From contig NC_069000.1 of NCBI RefSeq assembly GCF_001194135.2, forward strand, positions 41,051,175-41,091,954: DNA of 40,780 bases, written 5' to 3'. The notes under the pieces were generated by a model. That model worked only from the letters and a program-made list of their open reading frames with translations. It searched no databases and was not told the origin of the DNA. This DNA is from Octopus bimaculoides (lineage: Eukaryota). Below are positions 11,947-26,490 of the stretch, piece by piece. A program made the position numbers and the translations under genes. The stretch's first letter is position 1; every line of letters begins with the position of its first letter.

Positions 11947-12510
11947 AATATTTTAGACTTCAAACTATTGTGGACATATCTTCTGTGTCTTTCTTTACAG
12001 ATCATTGTTAATGCAAATATCGTACATGCTTAAATATGTTCGGTTATATAGCGTACAAAAAATATATTTATTAGATTTCATCCAACAACAAGAAACAAAA
12101 AGAAGCAAAAAGAAAAAAACACAATTTAGAAAGTAAAAAGTTATGGATCATAAAATTTTTAACTGGAAACGGACTGAGGATAGTTGCATAATTGTAGCTG
12201 AGTGCAGCGTATGTTTCTGTCAGTTCACACCAGCATATTACAATAAAATATATTTCATTTTATTGAGTTCTATTATTTCAAAACTTTTTTATACTGGGAA
12301 ATTTTGTGCTTTTGTATTTCCTCCACTTTTGTCATGTGAATATTAAAAACATAAAACATGTATATAATATAAATATTTTCCCAGAATTATATTTTTTCTG
12401 AATAGATTTGATATAAGTTTTAAAAACATATTCATAGGGTTCAATATTTCGCGTAAGTAAAACTAATTCAATAGGATTATTTGTGTTCACACACATACAT
12501 ACGCAACCAC

Positions 12511-12608
<98 letters not shown>

Positions 12609-14934
12609 ATGCACACACATACACATACACACTGACACACATACACACCCACAGAAGAGTAAAGCTAACGAGAAAGGCTAAGAAACACGCACACATACAC
12701 ATACATACATACATACATAAATACATACATACATACACGCGCACACCCACACATTATTGTAGGGTAAACAAATAGGTCTCTGTTTCTGAGTATTCAAGGA
12801 GTTAACTAACTTATATTCAATAATGTTGTAAATGGCTGAGTATTCCACTGGCGCATGTTATCCTAATGTAATTCTCAGGCATTAACAGTGTGATAAAGGA
12901 AGTAAACCGGACCTCTGAAGACATTCCAACGAACTTCCGCAGACATTCAGCTAACCCTGTTTCGTTTACGTGGCTTTGGTCAACTCAAGGCTTGAGTAAA
13001 ATCATTTCTGCAGAATGTTAGAAACTGCGACCGAACACAATACCACATGTTTGTGAGGCAAACTTCTTGTCCACTCAAAAATGAACGCGAGGGATGCATG
13101 CTTACAGTTAAGAATGAATGACGCCCTTGACGATTTCGATGTTTATGTGTTAATGTGGGTTATTGTTTGTGAGTGTGTTCAAAAACCATGTAAGGTATGT
13201 CAGCAGAAAGATCTCAAAAGCGTTGACTATGAGGCAGCGGCTGCTTAGTGTAATAAGACTTCGTCAGCCAGTGAATGAAAAGATCGCATTACTTAAATGC
13301 CTGTTCCTCGAACCCACTATAAAAAAAGCACACCGCCGCAAAACCATCTGTTTGCTCTTTTTCTCTCACATAACGCGATGATCTACATGTATATAGTTTT
13401 TCTTAAATTAGTGGCTAAACACGATATATAGAGAAAATTCCAAAAGATGGAAGGACGGATTAAATTAAGCTGGCGTGTGTAGAAATAAAGCCTTACGGCA
13501 GGGATACAAGTTTTCACAGGCACAGGGAGGAATATCGATGTTGCACGGACAACAGCCGGCCAGGTAAGAAAGATCAAGCTTGGTCGAACCCCGGTAACGT
13601 GGGAAGAGAAGAGAAAGAGGTAGAGACAGAGGGACAAAAGAATTAAGGAGAGGCGAGAAAAAAATGACAGGGACACGGTGAAGTGAAAAGTGGAGGGAAA
13701 GTGAGCAAGAAGAGAAGGCAAGGAAATGTGAGAGAGGGGGAACGAAAGAAAAAGAGTGGAATGAACGAATAAAAGTGAAAGGGCTGATAGACAGAAATAG
13801 AGTTGTACAAGATTTGGAAAAATGTATACTTACATAAAAGAGCCCAAAGTGTACGTACGCCGCCATATATATATATATATAAATAATACAAAATGGGACA
13901 AGAACGCAAAACATCCAGACAGTTAGGTGATACAAGAAAAAGGGACAACAAAACATCCAGATAGACGATACAAAGAAAACAAGGACAGGTCATTCGGAGT
14001 TTTCTTTCACCAGTCGATATATATATATATATATATATGTGTGTGTATGTATGTATATGTATATATACATGTATTTATATATATATTTCAATAATAATAA
14101 AAGGGCAAAATTAATTAATTAATGATTAATAATTTTATCAAGTAGTCTGTACGTTGAAATAACTTTTTTAAGTAAAATTATACAAATATCCTATAATTAT
14201 AAACATAATTATAATTATAAAATATTTGGGTGTGTATATACATCAATGCATAAATGTACATATAAAGTTATATATGAATACATACATCTACATTATATAT
14301 TCATGATGTACACAAATACATGACAGGTATATATAATACTGAAATACGCATAAAGTAAACAGATGCAGACAAATATATTAATATAACAAATTAAGAAAAT
14401 AATAAAAACATACAATCAATGAAGAAACAAAAAAGCAGTAAGATGAAACATGTTCATTTTATTAAGTATTTCTGTTTATTTAGAAACCTACAATGAACAG
14501 GTCATGTCACAGAAGCTAGACTATAAATTTCACAGGGTACAACCTTAAAGTTGACACCGATCCACAAAACGCAGAAAATTTCTGTCTCGCTTTTGGCTAG
14601 AAATAGAGAGTTTTCCCGATTTTTAAACTTCTTTAACTTTTTCCTCCAATTCTTTTTTCTACAACTTCAAACCTTCATAGCAACGAGACTGGAAGACTAC
14701 ATTATTATAGCTGATTTTCAGATTTTTTTCCTTCCCTTTAAAAAATGCATATTTTGCGATGAAGAAAACTAGATCCAAATAAACGACTTGTTTCTACATT
14801 CACAAAAAGTTTATTTGTCAATTTCGAAAATAATGACTAAAAAAATTCCGTTTCCAAAATTCTGGTGACCTCCTCTTTTCTCAATATTCAATATCTGAAC
14901 ACCACTTCTAACACTCTATACATACATACATACA

Positions 14935-14965
<31 letters not shown>

Positions 14966-15599
14966 GGGAGAATTTACGAAATAAACAACAGACGAAGACA
15001 GGTGGTGTAAACAACAAATGGATGTATTAGTTTAATGCTCGGGAATAGAGAAAGTCTTTGACGTTTCGAGCTACGCTCTTCAACTGAAAGGAACACAGAA
15101 AGAAATAATGAGAGAAACAAAGAGAAAAAAATATAAATGTAGTGGTCAGCGAATTTGTGTCGGTGTGTAAAGAATAATAAAGTTACAACATGGTCTGGTT
15201 TTCATGTTTTTTTTATTATTGTATAAAAAGAATTTCTACAATGTTGAAGTGTGTTAAACATTAAAAAAAATTTTGTAATATTCATAAAGTTCAATTAGCG
15301 CTTTCATACGTTCGTAGTAATCATCAGATTTCAAAATGTATTTAACTGACAGTTGATCGCTTGACAACTGTAGTAAAATTACTGACTTCTTCCTTTTTAT
15401 ACCTTTTAGAGAGCTTCAAGGAGCTGAAGTTTTGAAATATGGATTTTACCAGTCCGCATGCAGCATAAACGTCAGTTTGCCGGGCGCATAGATATTACTG
15501 GCATAGATCCCGCCTTTATTTCAACCAGTTAACATGCAGTTTACATGTAAGCAAACTTTGTTTTTATTTCAGTCGGTGGGAGTCTTCTGTAATTTCTTT

Positions 15600-16130
15600 G
15601 TATTCATATGTTATTAAATCCACATCATCAACTGGTCCTTATATTATTGTTGTTATTTCCGCTCAGAACAGGTTTGAACATTTTAATAAAACATTTTTCT
15701 TTTATCTTTCTTCCAACCTTACTTGTGTCATGTAGTTTGTGGAAAAGAAAAATTGGAAATATTTTCTGACTACATGTTTCTATATGTTCACTCAATGGAA
15801 TTCGGTGAACATTAGTGTTCCGGATTTGTTGTCTATATACTCATGAGCGTTCTGATAATGCATTCCCTGTCTCGCCAATATATGGTTACTCGCAATTCGG
15901 GCATTTAATGCAGTAGATCAAATTTCTGCTTTTGCAGTTCATATCTGAATTTGTGAAAATCTGCCCATATTTTGTTCCATTAGATCCATTAGAACAAAAA
16001 TGGTTCGTTATGCAGCCTGCGTCTCCACATTCCTCGAGTTTGTTTTCATAACGCCCAGTGTTTCGAACACGAGCGGCGTCCATGTTATCTGCACGAGGAA
16101 CCATTATATCTATTAGAGTAACGATTTTCT
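15600..16130 (-). mobile_element. Penelope-like element, GIY-YIG endonuclease remnant
   Basis: Minus-strand MNCKSRNLIYCIKCPNCE*PYIGETGNALSER..YRQQIR..RIPLSEH has the YCI/CxxC/YIG signature, with stops. Confidence 0.8.
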
Positions 16131-16387
16131 TTCTTTCACACCATATGATGATATATATATATATATATATATANNNNNNNNNNNNNNNNNNNNNNNNNNN
16201 NNNNNNNNNNNNNNNNNNNNNNNNNNNNNNNNNNNNNNNNNNNNNNNNNNNNNNNNNNNNNNNNNNNNNNNNNNNNNNNNNNNNNNNNNNNNNNNNNNNN
16301 NNNNNNNNNNNNNNNNNNNNNNNNNNNNNNNNNNNNNNNNNNNNNNNNNNNNNNNNNNNNNNNNNNNNNNNNNTGTATGTATGTATG

Positions 16388-16418
<31 letters not shown>

Positions 16419-16655
16419 ATGCTTGTGTGTGTGGGTGCACAGTATATTAAAAAAAAATTATTTTGTTCTCTTGTTGCAAACATTTTTAATACTGAGAAAT
16501 ACTGAGATATTGAATACTGAGAAATTTTGCTTTGTGTACCACTCCTGTTATAGGAATATTAAACAAAAAAAAACAACAAATGTTGTTGTGTGGACGTGCT
16601 CATATTGTTTTGCGTACATGTGTATATTGAGGCAAGTGTGCGCATCTGTATATGG

Positions 16656-16684
<29 letters not shown>

Positions 16685-16690
<6 letters not shown>

Positions 16691-18165
16691 TGGAGGAATA
16701 CGCACGCGTGCACACACATGCACACACATACACACACATAAGTATGCAAGCGGAAAACAAACGTTGGGGGTTGGTGTGCGTTGGGGGTTGATAAACGTTG
16801 GCGATTGGTAAATGGCGGTCCTGCTCATAGGATTGGCATTAGTAACCTTGACATCAAAATTATCATGAATGCCAGAAAGTCAATTCTGAAGAAGGCGGCG
16901 TCTCTATGGGGAGCTTTGACAGGCCTGAAATCGCCGATCTTGTCGGGTTATAAATCTTGGATACTCTGAAGAAGCGTACCCATCCACATAGGTCGACCCT
17001 CTATAGGGACGACGGCCTGGCTATCGCAAGCCATATGAACTGCCACACTATGGATAGGAAGTAATTGATGAACATATTTCAGGAGTTCGACCTGTCCATA
17101 ACGGTTACCACCAGTCTGACTACGGTCAATTTCTTGGACGTAACCTTAGACCTCTCAGTGCGGTAAAGTATTACCCATACAGGAAGCCAAACGAGGATAC
17201 AGTACACATCCACCAGAGCTCAAACCATCTCCCCACTGTAATTAGAAACTTGGTTCCAGACCTGAGTAAACGGCTATCTAATCTCTCGGCCAATAGAGAG
17301 ATCTTTAACAGGGCCGCCCTCACTACAACGATGCTTTAGCTAGGAGCGGGTTTACTGAGAAGCTCACGTATATGGATAACCACCAAAAATCCTCTCCTCA
17401 CCCCAAAATGATTAGGAGAAGGAGAATTATTTGCTACAACTTCCTCCCCCACTTTTAACCTAGAAGTTTCCACCAACATAGCTAGGGGCTTCCTGTCGTT
17501 AAGAAACACTTCCCAAGAGAACATAAGTATTATAAACACTGCAGCCCTCTTAATGTCAAGGTGGGCTACTCCTGATTAGACAACATCGCATCTAACATCG
17601 CACGCATGAACAGACGTAAAAATGCACCCACACCACCCCAAACTGCAACTGCCAAAACCCATCACGTGCCCTCTAGAAAGATCTTGCCTCTTAAGGGCCG
17701 TAGTATACAGAGCCATCCTTATACCATCCGATAGCATTACTTGACATTATACGGGTATGACAGCTAACGTCTTCAAGGGAAGATATTACCAGCACATGCA
17801 CTCGTTCAGATACAGGGATAGAGAGACCCGCAACAAGAAATACGATTTATCGTATTGCTGTCACCAGAAATATGCCTTTCTGGCAAATTTCAGGCCTTTG
17901 ACCTCCGACAACCTGGAGATACCACCTTAGCACTAGCTGTTATTTTGCACCACCTGCACCGAGGTTATCGCTACCAACCAACCCCATAAGCAGTACCGCC
18001 ATTTAACAATCGCCAACGTTTATCAACTCTCAACACACAACAACCCCCAAAACTTACCAATTCTCAACGTTTATTTTGCGTTTGCATACTTATGCGTGTA
18101 TGTGTGTGCATGTGTTCGTATGTGTGTGTATGTGAGCGCACGCGCTTGCGTATTCCTACACACTC
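16685..18165 (+). mobile_element. Penelope-like element (RT + GIY-YIG remnant) bounded by ~150-bp inverted repeats
   Basis: MGSFDRPEIADLVGL, LYRDDGLA (RT YxDD), NFLDVTLDL, PYRKPN, CNCQNP..CPL and YTGMTANVFKGRYYQH, all frameshifted. 16685-16830 is the reverse complement of ~17983-18165. Confidence 0.85.
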
Positions 18166-18517
18166 ACATATAGAGTTATATACTTGCACATGCTGCCCTT
18201 TCTTACTTCACCTCCAACAACCTGACCCACTTCTAGTTTATTTCATGTCCTGCACGTGGTCAATTTCCTGTTCGGCATGCTGTATTTTGCAACTAATTTT
18301 TGCTCATATACCAACATCAACCCACGTGTGGCCTTCCTCGATTAATCGCAACCCACCTTACGGTAATAACAGTCAATTTCTGTAATTCAAATTTAAAATG
18401 GCTGACGAATAGCATCGCGCTTGAAATTCAAGAGTACCAACGAATTTGAAACTGTTTTGATCCATACATGTGACTGCCAATAAATTGGTTGTGTCCTTTC
18501 ATTTGTCCTCTCACACG

Positions 18518-18567
<50 letters not shown>

Positions 18568-19609
18568 NNNNNNNNNNNNNNNNNNNNNNNNNNNNNNNNN
18601 NNNNNNNNNNNNNNNNNNNNNNNNNNNNNNNNNNNNNNNNNNNNNNNNNNNNNNNNNNNNNNNNNNNNNNNNNNNNNNNNNNNNNNNNNNNNNNNNNNNN
18701 NNNNNNNNNNNNNNNNNNNNNNNNNNNNNNNNNNNNNNNNNNNNNNNNNNNNNNNNNNNNNNNNNNNNNNNNNNNNNNNNNNNNNNNNNNNNNNNNNNNN
18801 NNNNNNNNNNNNNNNNNNNNNNNNNNNNNNNNNNNNNNNNNNNNNTATATATATATATATATGCATATATAGTGATTGATGAGTGAGAAACTAACACTAT
18901 TATTATTATTATTATTATCATCATTATTATTATTATTAAGAAGATGGTGGATTGACATAATAGCTAATACGCTGGACAATATGTTTACCGGCATATGTAT
19001 ATATGAGGGTAAAGAGTAAAAGACCCCCTTTATGTTTGTTCTGTTTGCTTTGTGCGTGTGTAAGTTAGACACCTCGTCGTTACATCGCTTTACTCTTGTA
19101 GGGAATATCGTGAATACAGGAAAACATTTTGATCCTACACATAATCAATATGTAAATTGCGAATATGACATCTGTGACTCGCCAACCAGTCTTTTGTGAC
19201 ACCCAACTGCACAGGGTTTATACTCACGGCCACCGTCAAACGAAATAAGACACGTTACTTTTGGAGCGTTACTGCAAGCTGATTTTTCGTTGAGTAACAT
19301 CCTATATTGTGCTCTTTTTTATGAGACATTTCAGCTTGTATGTCTATTTGTAATAATTATCATATTTTGTATTTATTCTCTCCTTAATGTAAGACAATCT
19401 TTTTCGGAAATTCTGTTTCCTAATCATTGTAAAATGTTCTAGAAAATAGAGCTTACAGCAATACTTTAACTAATATTTTTATCACGAAATGTAACAGGTA
19501 ATGATTATAAATATTCTTTTTTTCATTGGCTCAATAATGAAGGCACTTAAAATAATGCAGATTGAAGGGCTGGCATTTGAAAATTCACTTTCCAAAAATA
19601 GTACATACT

Positions 19610-20120
19610 TTTCGTGAGATGATCTGGAACGAATAGTGGATTTTTGCGAGTGGTACTAGGCAAGTTGTGCAGAAAAGGCACAGGTTCCAACGTAGACTGG
19701 TTGAAGTAATGAGGCTATATTGAAATCAAACGTCTCGATTAATAGCCACAGTTGCACGTGATGAGGCTATCAGAAATCGCATAATGCGGATGAACTTCAT
19801 GTTAACCACTTCAGAAGTATGGTGCATCTTATCATAAAAGTATTAAATGGATCATTCGTTTTGACTGTGCTGTGGCTAATCCCTTTTTGCTGAACTTAAT
19901 ACGACGATCTGTCATACCAAATACTCAAGAAGACTTTGGTGCTGTAGGGGATATTTCCATTCTAGTGCACTCCACACTACCATACTACCGTAAGAAACTA
20001 CCTTGATGAAATTTTGCTAAGAAAAATTGGCGAACTGAGTGCAACCATTGGCCGAAAGAAATGATTCTTGGCTGTTTGTTCGCGATTTCATTGCTTCGTC
20101 TTATCAGTTGTATGGACAAG
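19610..20120 (+). mobile_element. Degenerate Tc1/mariner-superfamily transposase
   Basis: FCEWY, SNEAILKSNVSINSHSC (SDEA.FxLNG.VNRHNC) and PHYHTTVRNYLDE (PPHY..VR.YLD), with many stops. Confidence 0.7.
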
Positions 20121-20479
20121 TGCGTGGACATGAACGGAATGTTGTTTGAAATCAGGTTTTCAAAAGGTATTAAATTGCGGGTGTATGTGTGTGTGTGTTG
20201 GTGAAGAACGTGTGTATGAAATTTATATATGTGTATGTGTTTGTACGGGTGTGCACGTGCGTTTACAAGTTATTGTGTGCGAGTAGGAGGTATGCGCATG
20301 CGCGTGTTCTTTTTGTCCTATTTAGGCGCATGCGCGTGTTCTTCTGTCCTATTTAGGCGTATGTGTGTGTCGTGGGGGTGGGGTAATGAGTTAAACGGTG
20401 TAGAGAAGTTGCCGGTGGAGTAGAAATGGAGGGAGAATAAGAAGGTAGGTTTCAAACTATATCGACTGACCACTATACA

Positions 20480-21070
20480 TTAGAGACAATAAAAATATAA
20501 TGACATCTTTTCTAGTAGTAATTTTGGAGTTGGTTATTCTACTAATAATAATGTTGGTAACATTATCTCACCCTTTAATAAATTTAAATTGAATAAGTTT
20601 TACAATAACAAATCAATTAATGCTTCTAACAATAATAATAAGGACCAGAACATAATTAATTGTACATGTAGAGATAAGACTAAATGTAAAATTAATAATA
20701 AATGTAATTTGGAGGATGTAGTATATAAATGGGTAGTGATTATGTATGATGATAATAATAGGAATGGTTATTTATATAGGGTCAACTTCTAATAAGATTA
20801 AGTCACGGGTGGCTCAACACATGAATTCTTTTAAAAATATAACTTTAATCAATTCTACTGGCCTTAGTAAATATATATGGGAACTAAAATCTAAAAGCAT
20901 TAAGTACAATTTAAATTGGGAGATAGTTTGTAAGGCAAAATCTTATCGAATCGGCAGTAAGTTTTGTTTATTATATACTAATCAACTTAAGGAGATATTA
21001 TTAACTAACAATAAAACATTGATTAATTCCTTCGATGAATGTAAATTTAAATGTAGACATAACTGAAATT
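20480..21070 (+). mobile_element. Penelope-like element 3' part (GIY-YIG)
   Basis: NCTCRDKTKCKINNKCNLEDVVYK, IYIGSTSNKIKSRVAQHMNSF..STGLSKYIWELK..WEI..CRHN, with one frameshift. An AT-rich tail follows to about 22000. Confidence 0.85.
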
Positions 21071-22051
21071 ATTTATATAATAAGTTTAGATAATGTGTTT
21101 ATATCGACCCTGCTTTACGTTACTAATTGTTGTACTTATAATTCGTAGTAGTAAAATACGTATAATTAACATGACATTATTTAGAGGACAATACATAATT
21201 AGAATAAAATTAACTACGCTATTTATTAATAAATATATAATTTAATGAAAATATATTAATTTATAAAAGATTAGCATTATTTACGTACTTCATATATATA
21301 TATATATTACGTATTTTAGTTTTAAATTATTTAGACTATAAAAACATCCAGAATTTAAAATTTTCCAGTAAATGGTATATTACAGATCAATTTTTCTTAT
21401 TCTGAAATAAATTTTGTCATTTTATTAACTGAAATACGTACTTCTCTCTACTTTTAGTGACACCATACTGTCACGTGATATATTTCTTATAAATGTTACG
21501 TTTAAAATTTTAGTTCACAGAAATTCGTCGATAAAATAAGTCATGCTTTTAATTTTAAATAATATTGTTAAATATTCTCATTTATTTATTGTATTAACAC
21601 GGATTTTTTTATTTTTGTTTCTTTTCTTAATGGATGATTATTATTAACTTCACAGTAATTATTCGATAGGATAAACTATGCTTTTAATTTCAAGTAATAT
21701 TATTAAATGTCTTTCACTTAGTTATTGTATTAACACGTATTTATGTATATTTATTTCTATTTTTAAATAATTATTATGTGGTAAGATACTTACATTGATT
21801 TTTTGATTTTTATTCTAGACTTGATGAGTGACAATATTTTTTAAATAGAATTAAATTTGGATCGATTTATTTTTGAATTGAATTAATTTTATCTGTCCTA
21901 ATATAGCCACGAAACGCGCGTAGTCAATTTACTACTATTAACTTTTTATGCTTTATTGAATTCTTAGATTAGTATTTTTATAGTGTATTTTTTCTGGATG
22001 GTGTCATTGAGGTCTTTCATTGTCTGAATTGTATAATAGGGGTTCTTCCTT

Positions 22052-22091
<40 letters not shown>

Positions 22092-22846
22092 CATATATCT
22101 ATGAATATATATATAAATATGTATATATATATNNNNNNNNNNNNNNNNNNNNNNNNNNNNNNNNNNNNNNNNNNNNNNNNNNNNNNNNNNNNNNNNNNNN
22201 NNNNNNNNNNNNNNNNNNNNNNNNNNNNNNNNNNNNNNNNNNNNNNNNNNNNNNNNNNNNNNNNNNNNNNNNNNNNNNNNNNNNNNNNNNNNNNNNNNNN
22301 NNNNNNNNNNNNNNNNNNNNNNNNNNNNNNNNNNNNNNNNNNNNNNNNNNNNNNNNNNNNNNNNNNNNNNNNNNNNNNNNNNNNNNNNNNNNNNNNNNNN
22401 NNNNNNNNNNNNNNNNNNNNNNNNNNNNNNNNNNNNNNNNNNNNNNNNNNNNNNNNNNNNNNNNNNNNNNNNNNNNNNNNNNNNNNNNNNNNNNNNNNNN
22501 NNNNNNNNNNNNNNNNNNNNNNNNNNNNNNNNNNNNNNNNNNNNNNNNNNNNNNNNNNNNNNNNNNNNNNNNNNNNNNNNNNNNNNNNNNNNNNNNNNNN
22601 NNNNNNNNNNNNNNNNNNNNNNNNNNNNNNNNNNNNNNNNNNNNNNNNNNNNNNNNNNNNNNNNNNNNNNNNNNNNNNNNNNNNNNNNNNNNNNNNNNNN
22701 NNNNNNNNNNNNNNNNNNNNNNNNNNNNNNNNNNNNNNNNNNNNNNNNNNNNNNNNNNNNNNNNNNNNNNNNNNNNNNNNNNNNNNNNNNNNNNNNNNNN
22801 NNNNNNNNNNNNNNNNNNNNNNNNNNNNNNNNNNNNNNNNNNNNNN

Positions 22847-22886
<40 letters not shown>

Positions 22887-23370
22887 TCATATACGGACAT
22901 ATGTGTATATATGCACACACACCCACACACACACACATATATATTCTTCTGTATGCATATTTATATTTATTCATTCGTAAGTGTATGAATTACAGATAGT
23001 TATGACTGTAATTCTATAGATTTGTGCGTTTAATATATTCATACATCTATGTGTTTGTGTCTGTCTATATATAATAATTACCTATATTACGTACGTGTCA
23101 CAAGTATGAATATAAACACACATGCGCACGCACATACACCCAGATACAATCACATGTAATTTGCAAACATACACTTAAGCATGTGTGCGCGCGTGTGCGT
23201 GTTTTTGTCTATTTTTTTATCTCTATTCAGTATTCTACAAATCAACATTATATACAGTTTGTATACACTGACTACTTCTATTTCTTTTACTCTTGTACTG
23301 TCGACACTACTACTGTTGTTATTCTGCTACTTATGTCACTGCTCCTCTTCACTTTCTAATATACTTTTCA

Positions 23371-23725
23371 CTAGAATAACATAAAGAATATCTCCCACAT
23401 TCTGTCGACCAGTTTGTAGTCATTACCCATGGTATAATAGGCTATGGATTGCGTGTCATTACCCATCGTCTGTGCGAGTATCTTACTCCGCATTATCATA
23501 ACCGGGTCCAAAATATTAAGTGAATTCGGAGATGGACATGGTATTATTTCAAATGGACTTCCTAGGCAAGGGCAAGCAAGTGGTCTGGTTGACTGACAAA
23601 GACGGTACTTTAATTGTAATCTAACACAAGGGACTGCAACAGTTACAAAAGCGGACCAATTCCTTGAAACACCACAGTATTTGCAAAAATCTATATCTGG
23701 TAAAGAAGAGCACTGGACCGTCGAC
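23371..23725 (-). CDS. Peroxidase-like gene B, terminal coding exon (end of peroxidase domain + TSP1-like module + tail, TAG stop)
   Basis: Acceptor tctttatctttcaag is phase-2 compatible with the exon at 29383. STVQCSSLPDIDF matches the family C..LP.iDl motif, then WSAFVTVAVPCVRLQLKYRLCQSTRPLACPCLGSPFEIIPC; stop at 23371-23373. Confidence 0.88.
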
Positions 23726-23974
23726 CTTGAAAGATAAAGAGAAGAGAAATAGATATACATCATAAGGGTAAACGAGAAGAAATAAAATTTACGAAATCCA
23801 AATATTAAAACCATCAATAATAACAACAACAGCAGCAAGATGCTGATCTGAAATTACATAAAAAGATGTTCAGTCATGACACAACAAATCTATCACTGGA
23901 CGATACAACAACTCTGTTCATTCCAGAAACTGGAATATACGGAAATTCTTTTATTTTATTGTTTCTTCTTTTCT

Positions 23975-24180
23975 ATTCTAGGCACCAGCCCGAAATGTTT
24001 GGGGAGGGGGCCAGTCGATTAGGTCTACCCCAGTATGTAACTGGTATTTAATTTATCGACCCCGAAAAGATGAAAGGCAAAGCCGACCTCGGCGGAATTT
24101 GAACTCAGACCGTAAAGACAGACGAAATACCGCTAAGCATTTCGCCCGGCGCGCTAACGTTTCTGTCAGTTCGCCGCCTT
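23975..24180 (-). mobile_element. tRNA-derived SINE family 2 copy in gene B intron
   Basis: atttgaactcagaccgtaaagacagacgaaataccgctaagcatttcgcccggcgcgctaac is the reverse complement of the family consensus. Confidence 0.75.
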
Positions 24181-26490
24181 TATGGAATATAAAAGAATTG
24201 TTCGTTTCAGGCAATGCAGGTAAATACAAAAGCCACATATATAGAAAATATCAGTAGTATAAATAAGGCAAAAAATATTGCAGAACATAATATAAACCAA
24301 ATTACAGGAAATTGTCAATCAGATATAACAACCTAAAGCCGTATACAACATAAAGCAGCTGAAAAGTCGTTGTTCATCACATAAATCATACGACAAACTG
24401 TAAAACACGAACCAAACTAATTAACAGCATCAATATCCCAAATACCGGCTACAACATACCGTTTATATGTAATCACATTCCAATAGCAAACTCACATATC
24501 AAACACTTCAAAAAATATTCACTGAAACCTGTACAAAACATAAGATTTTTAAACTGTTCCACACTATTCTATCAGATACTAGAAAATACTTTTTTTCAAT
24601 AGGTGTGGTGGGTGACAATTGNNNNNNNNNNNNNNNNNNNNNNNNNNNNNNNNNNNNNNNNNNNNNNNNNNNNNNNNNNNNNNNNNNNNNNNNNNNNNNN
24701 NNNNNNNNNNNNNNNNNNNNNNNNNNNNNNNNNNNNNNNNNNNNNNNNNNNNNNNNNNNNNNNNNNNNNNNNNNNNNNNNNNNNNNNNNNNNNNNNNNNN
24801 NNNNNNNNNNNNNNNNNNNNNNNNNNNNNNNNNNNNNNNNNNNNNNNNNNNNNNNNNNNNNNNNNNNNNNNNNNNNNNNNNNNNNNNNNNNNNNNNNNNN
24901 NNNNNNNNNNNNNNNNNNNNNNNNNNNNNNNNNNNNNNNNNNNNNNNNNNNNNNNNNNNNNNNNNNNNNNNNNNNNNNNNNNNNNNNNNNNNNNNNNNNN
25001 NNNNNNNNNNNNNNNNNNNNNNNNNNNNNNNNNNNNNNNNNNNNNNNNNNNNNNNNNNNNNNNNNNNNNNNNNNNNNNNNNNNNNNNNNNNNNNNNNNNN
25101 NNNNNNNNNNNNNNNNNNNNNNNNNNNNNNNNNNNNNNNNNNNNNNNNNNNNNNNNNNNNNNNNNNNNNNNNNNNNNNNNNNNNNNNNNNNNNNNNNNNN
25201 NNNNCCAATGAAGGAATCTATATGTGATTATTCGATTTGCTAGAACATTCGAAGAAGTCTTCTTTAAATTACACTCTGGTGTCTTTTAAAAGATGGTGCA
25301 TTGGACGGCATACTACAGTGCATTTTATTGCTGAAATTAAGGCGAGGTGATCATGGTTGGAATAACTTTAGGTTAACGTGCTATCCCACAAGAAGAAGGG
25401 ACCAGCATTACATGATCAAACTACAACAGTGTCGCCCAAGTCACAAACATTTTAATGTTGAAATGCCCTTTGTCATTTTCAACTAGATGTAAGCACCATT
25501 CATGTGGAACACCGGAACTACGAATCGAAGTTTGCTTTTCAGTTACAATTTTTCTACAACTGCTCAATGAAGGGCTGTACTGCAACAAAAATCGACATTT
25601 TCATTTGTACAAATGAGAATTAATATATGAAATATACAATATACACGAGAACATGAATATATGTATTTACACATAAATACACATATTTCACTCTCAATCA
25701 ATCAATGCATTCTTACATATGCCGATAACCAACGTTCTGTTGAACCCATTGTACTGTAGTGGTTGAATAACACATAGTCGTCTATTTAAAAGAATTCATA
25801 CATAAATTTAGACACAACAGTCATATTAAAATATCACAGAGTATAAATGTGAGTGGGCGAGTGAAAGAAGAAGATTAAACTAATTATCATTATTATTGTT
25901 GTCGCCGTAGGTGGACTTGTGTTCTGGATCTCCGTACGTTTGTGAGAATTTCACTTGTTTAAAAGGTTTTATACTTTATGTTTGGTTATTTAAATTATTT
26001 TACAAGCCAGCTGCTCTTCTGGAGAGCTGACTTTTGGGGGTGAGGTGCTATACAGCCCTTTTTTCTGTCTCTGTTTCAAAATTCTTCAAAATTCTTCAAA
26101 ATTCCTGGACGTGTTGTTTTGAGCTCGTAAGATGATATTGATTTTCGTTGCTTTCTAAAGTTTCGTTACCTGTTTTGTTGAAATGTTGTCGTTCTAAAAC
26201 ATTGTGTGTGCCCTGGAAGGGTTTGATGTAAAAGTTTGCACTTTCGAGTGCGAATTTTGGACATTCTTTCATCATTCANNNNNNNNNNNNNNNNNNNNNN
26301 NNNNNNNNNNNNNNNNNNNNNNNNNNNNNNNNNNNNNNNNNNNNNNNNNNNNNNNNNNNNNNNNNNNNNNNNNNNNNNNNNNNNNNNNNNNNNNNNNNNN
26401 NNNNNNNNNNNNNNNNNNNNNNNNNNNNNNNNNNNNNNNNNNNNNNNNNNNNNNNNNNNNNNNNNNNNNNNNNNNNNNNNNNNNNNNNNN

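Noticed and set aside
15050-15084. Minus-strand TTGAAGAG-CGTAG-CTC-GAAAC-GTC-AAA-GAC, resembling a minimal hammerhead ribozyme core of Penelope-type repeats
   Set aside because: The core CUGA is mutated, stem III has a mismatch, and no stem I partner was found. At most a dead remnant; an Infernal search would decide.
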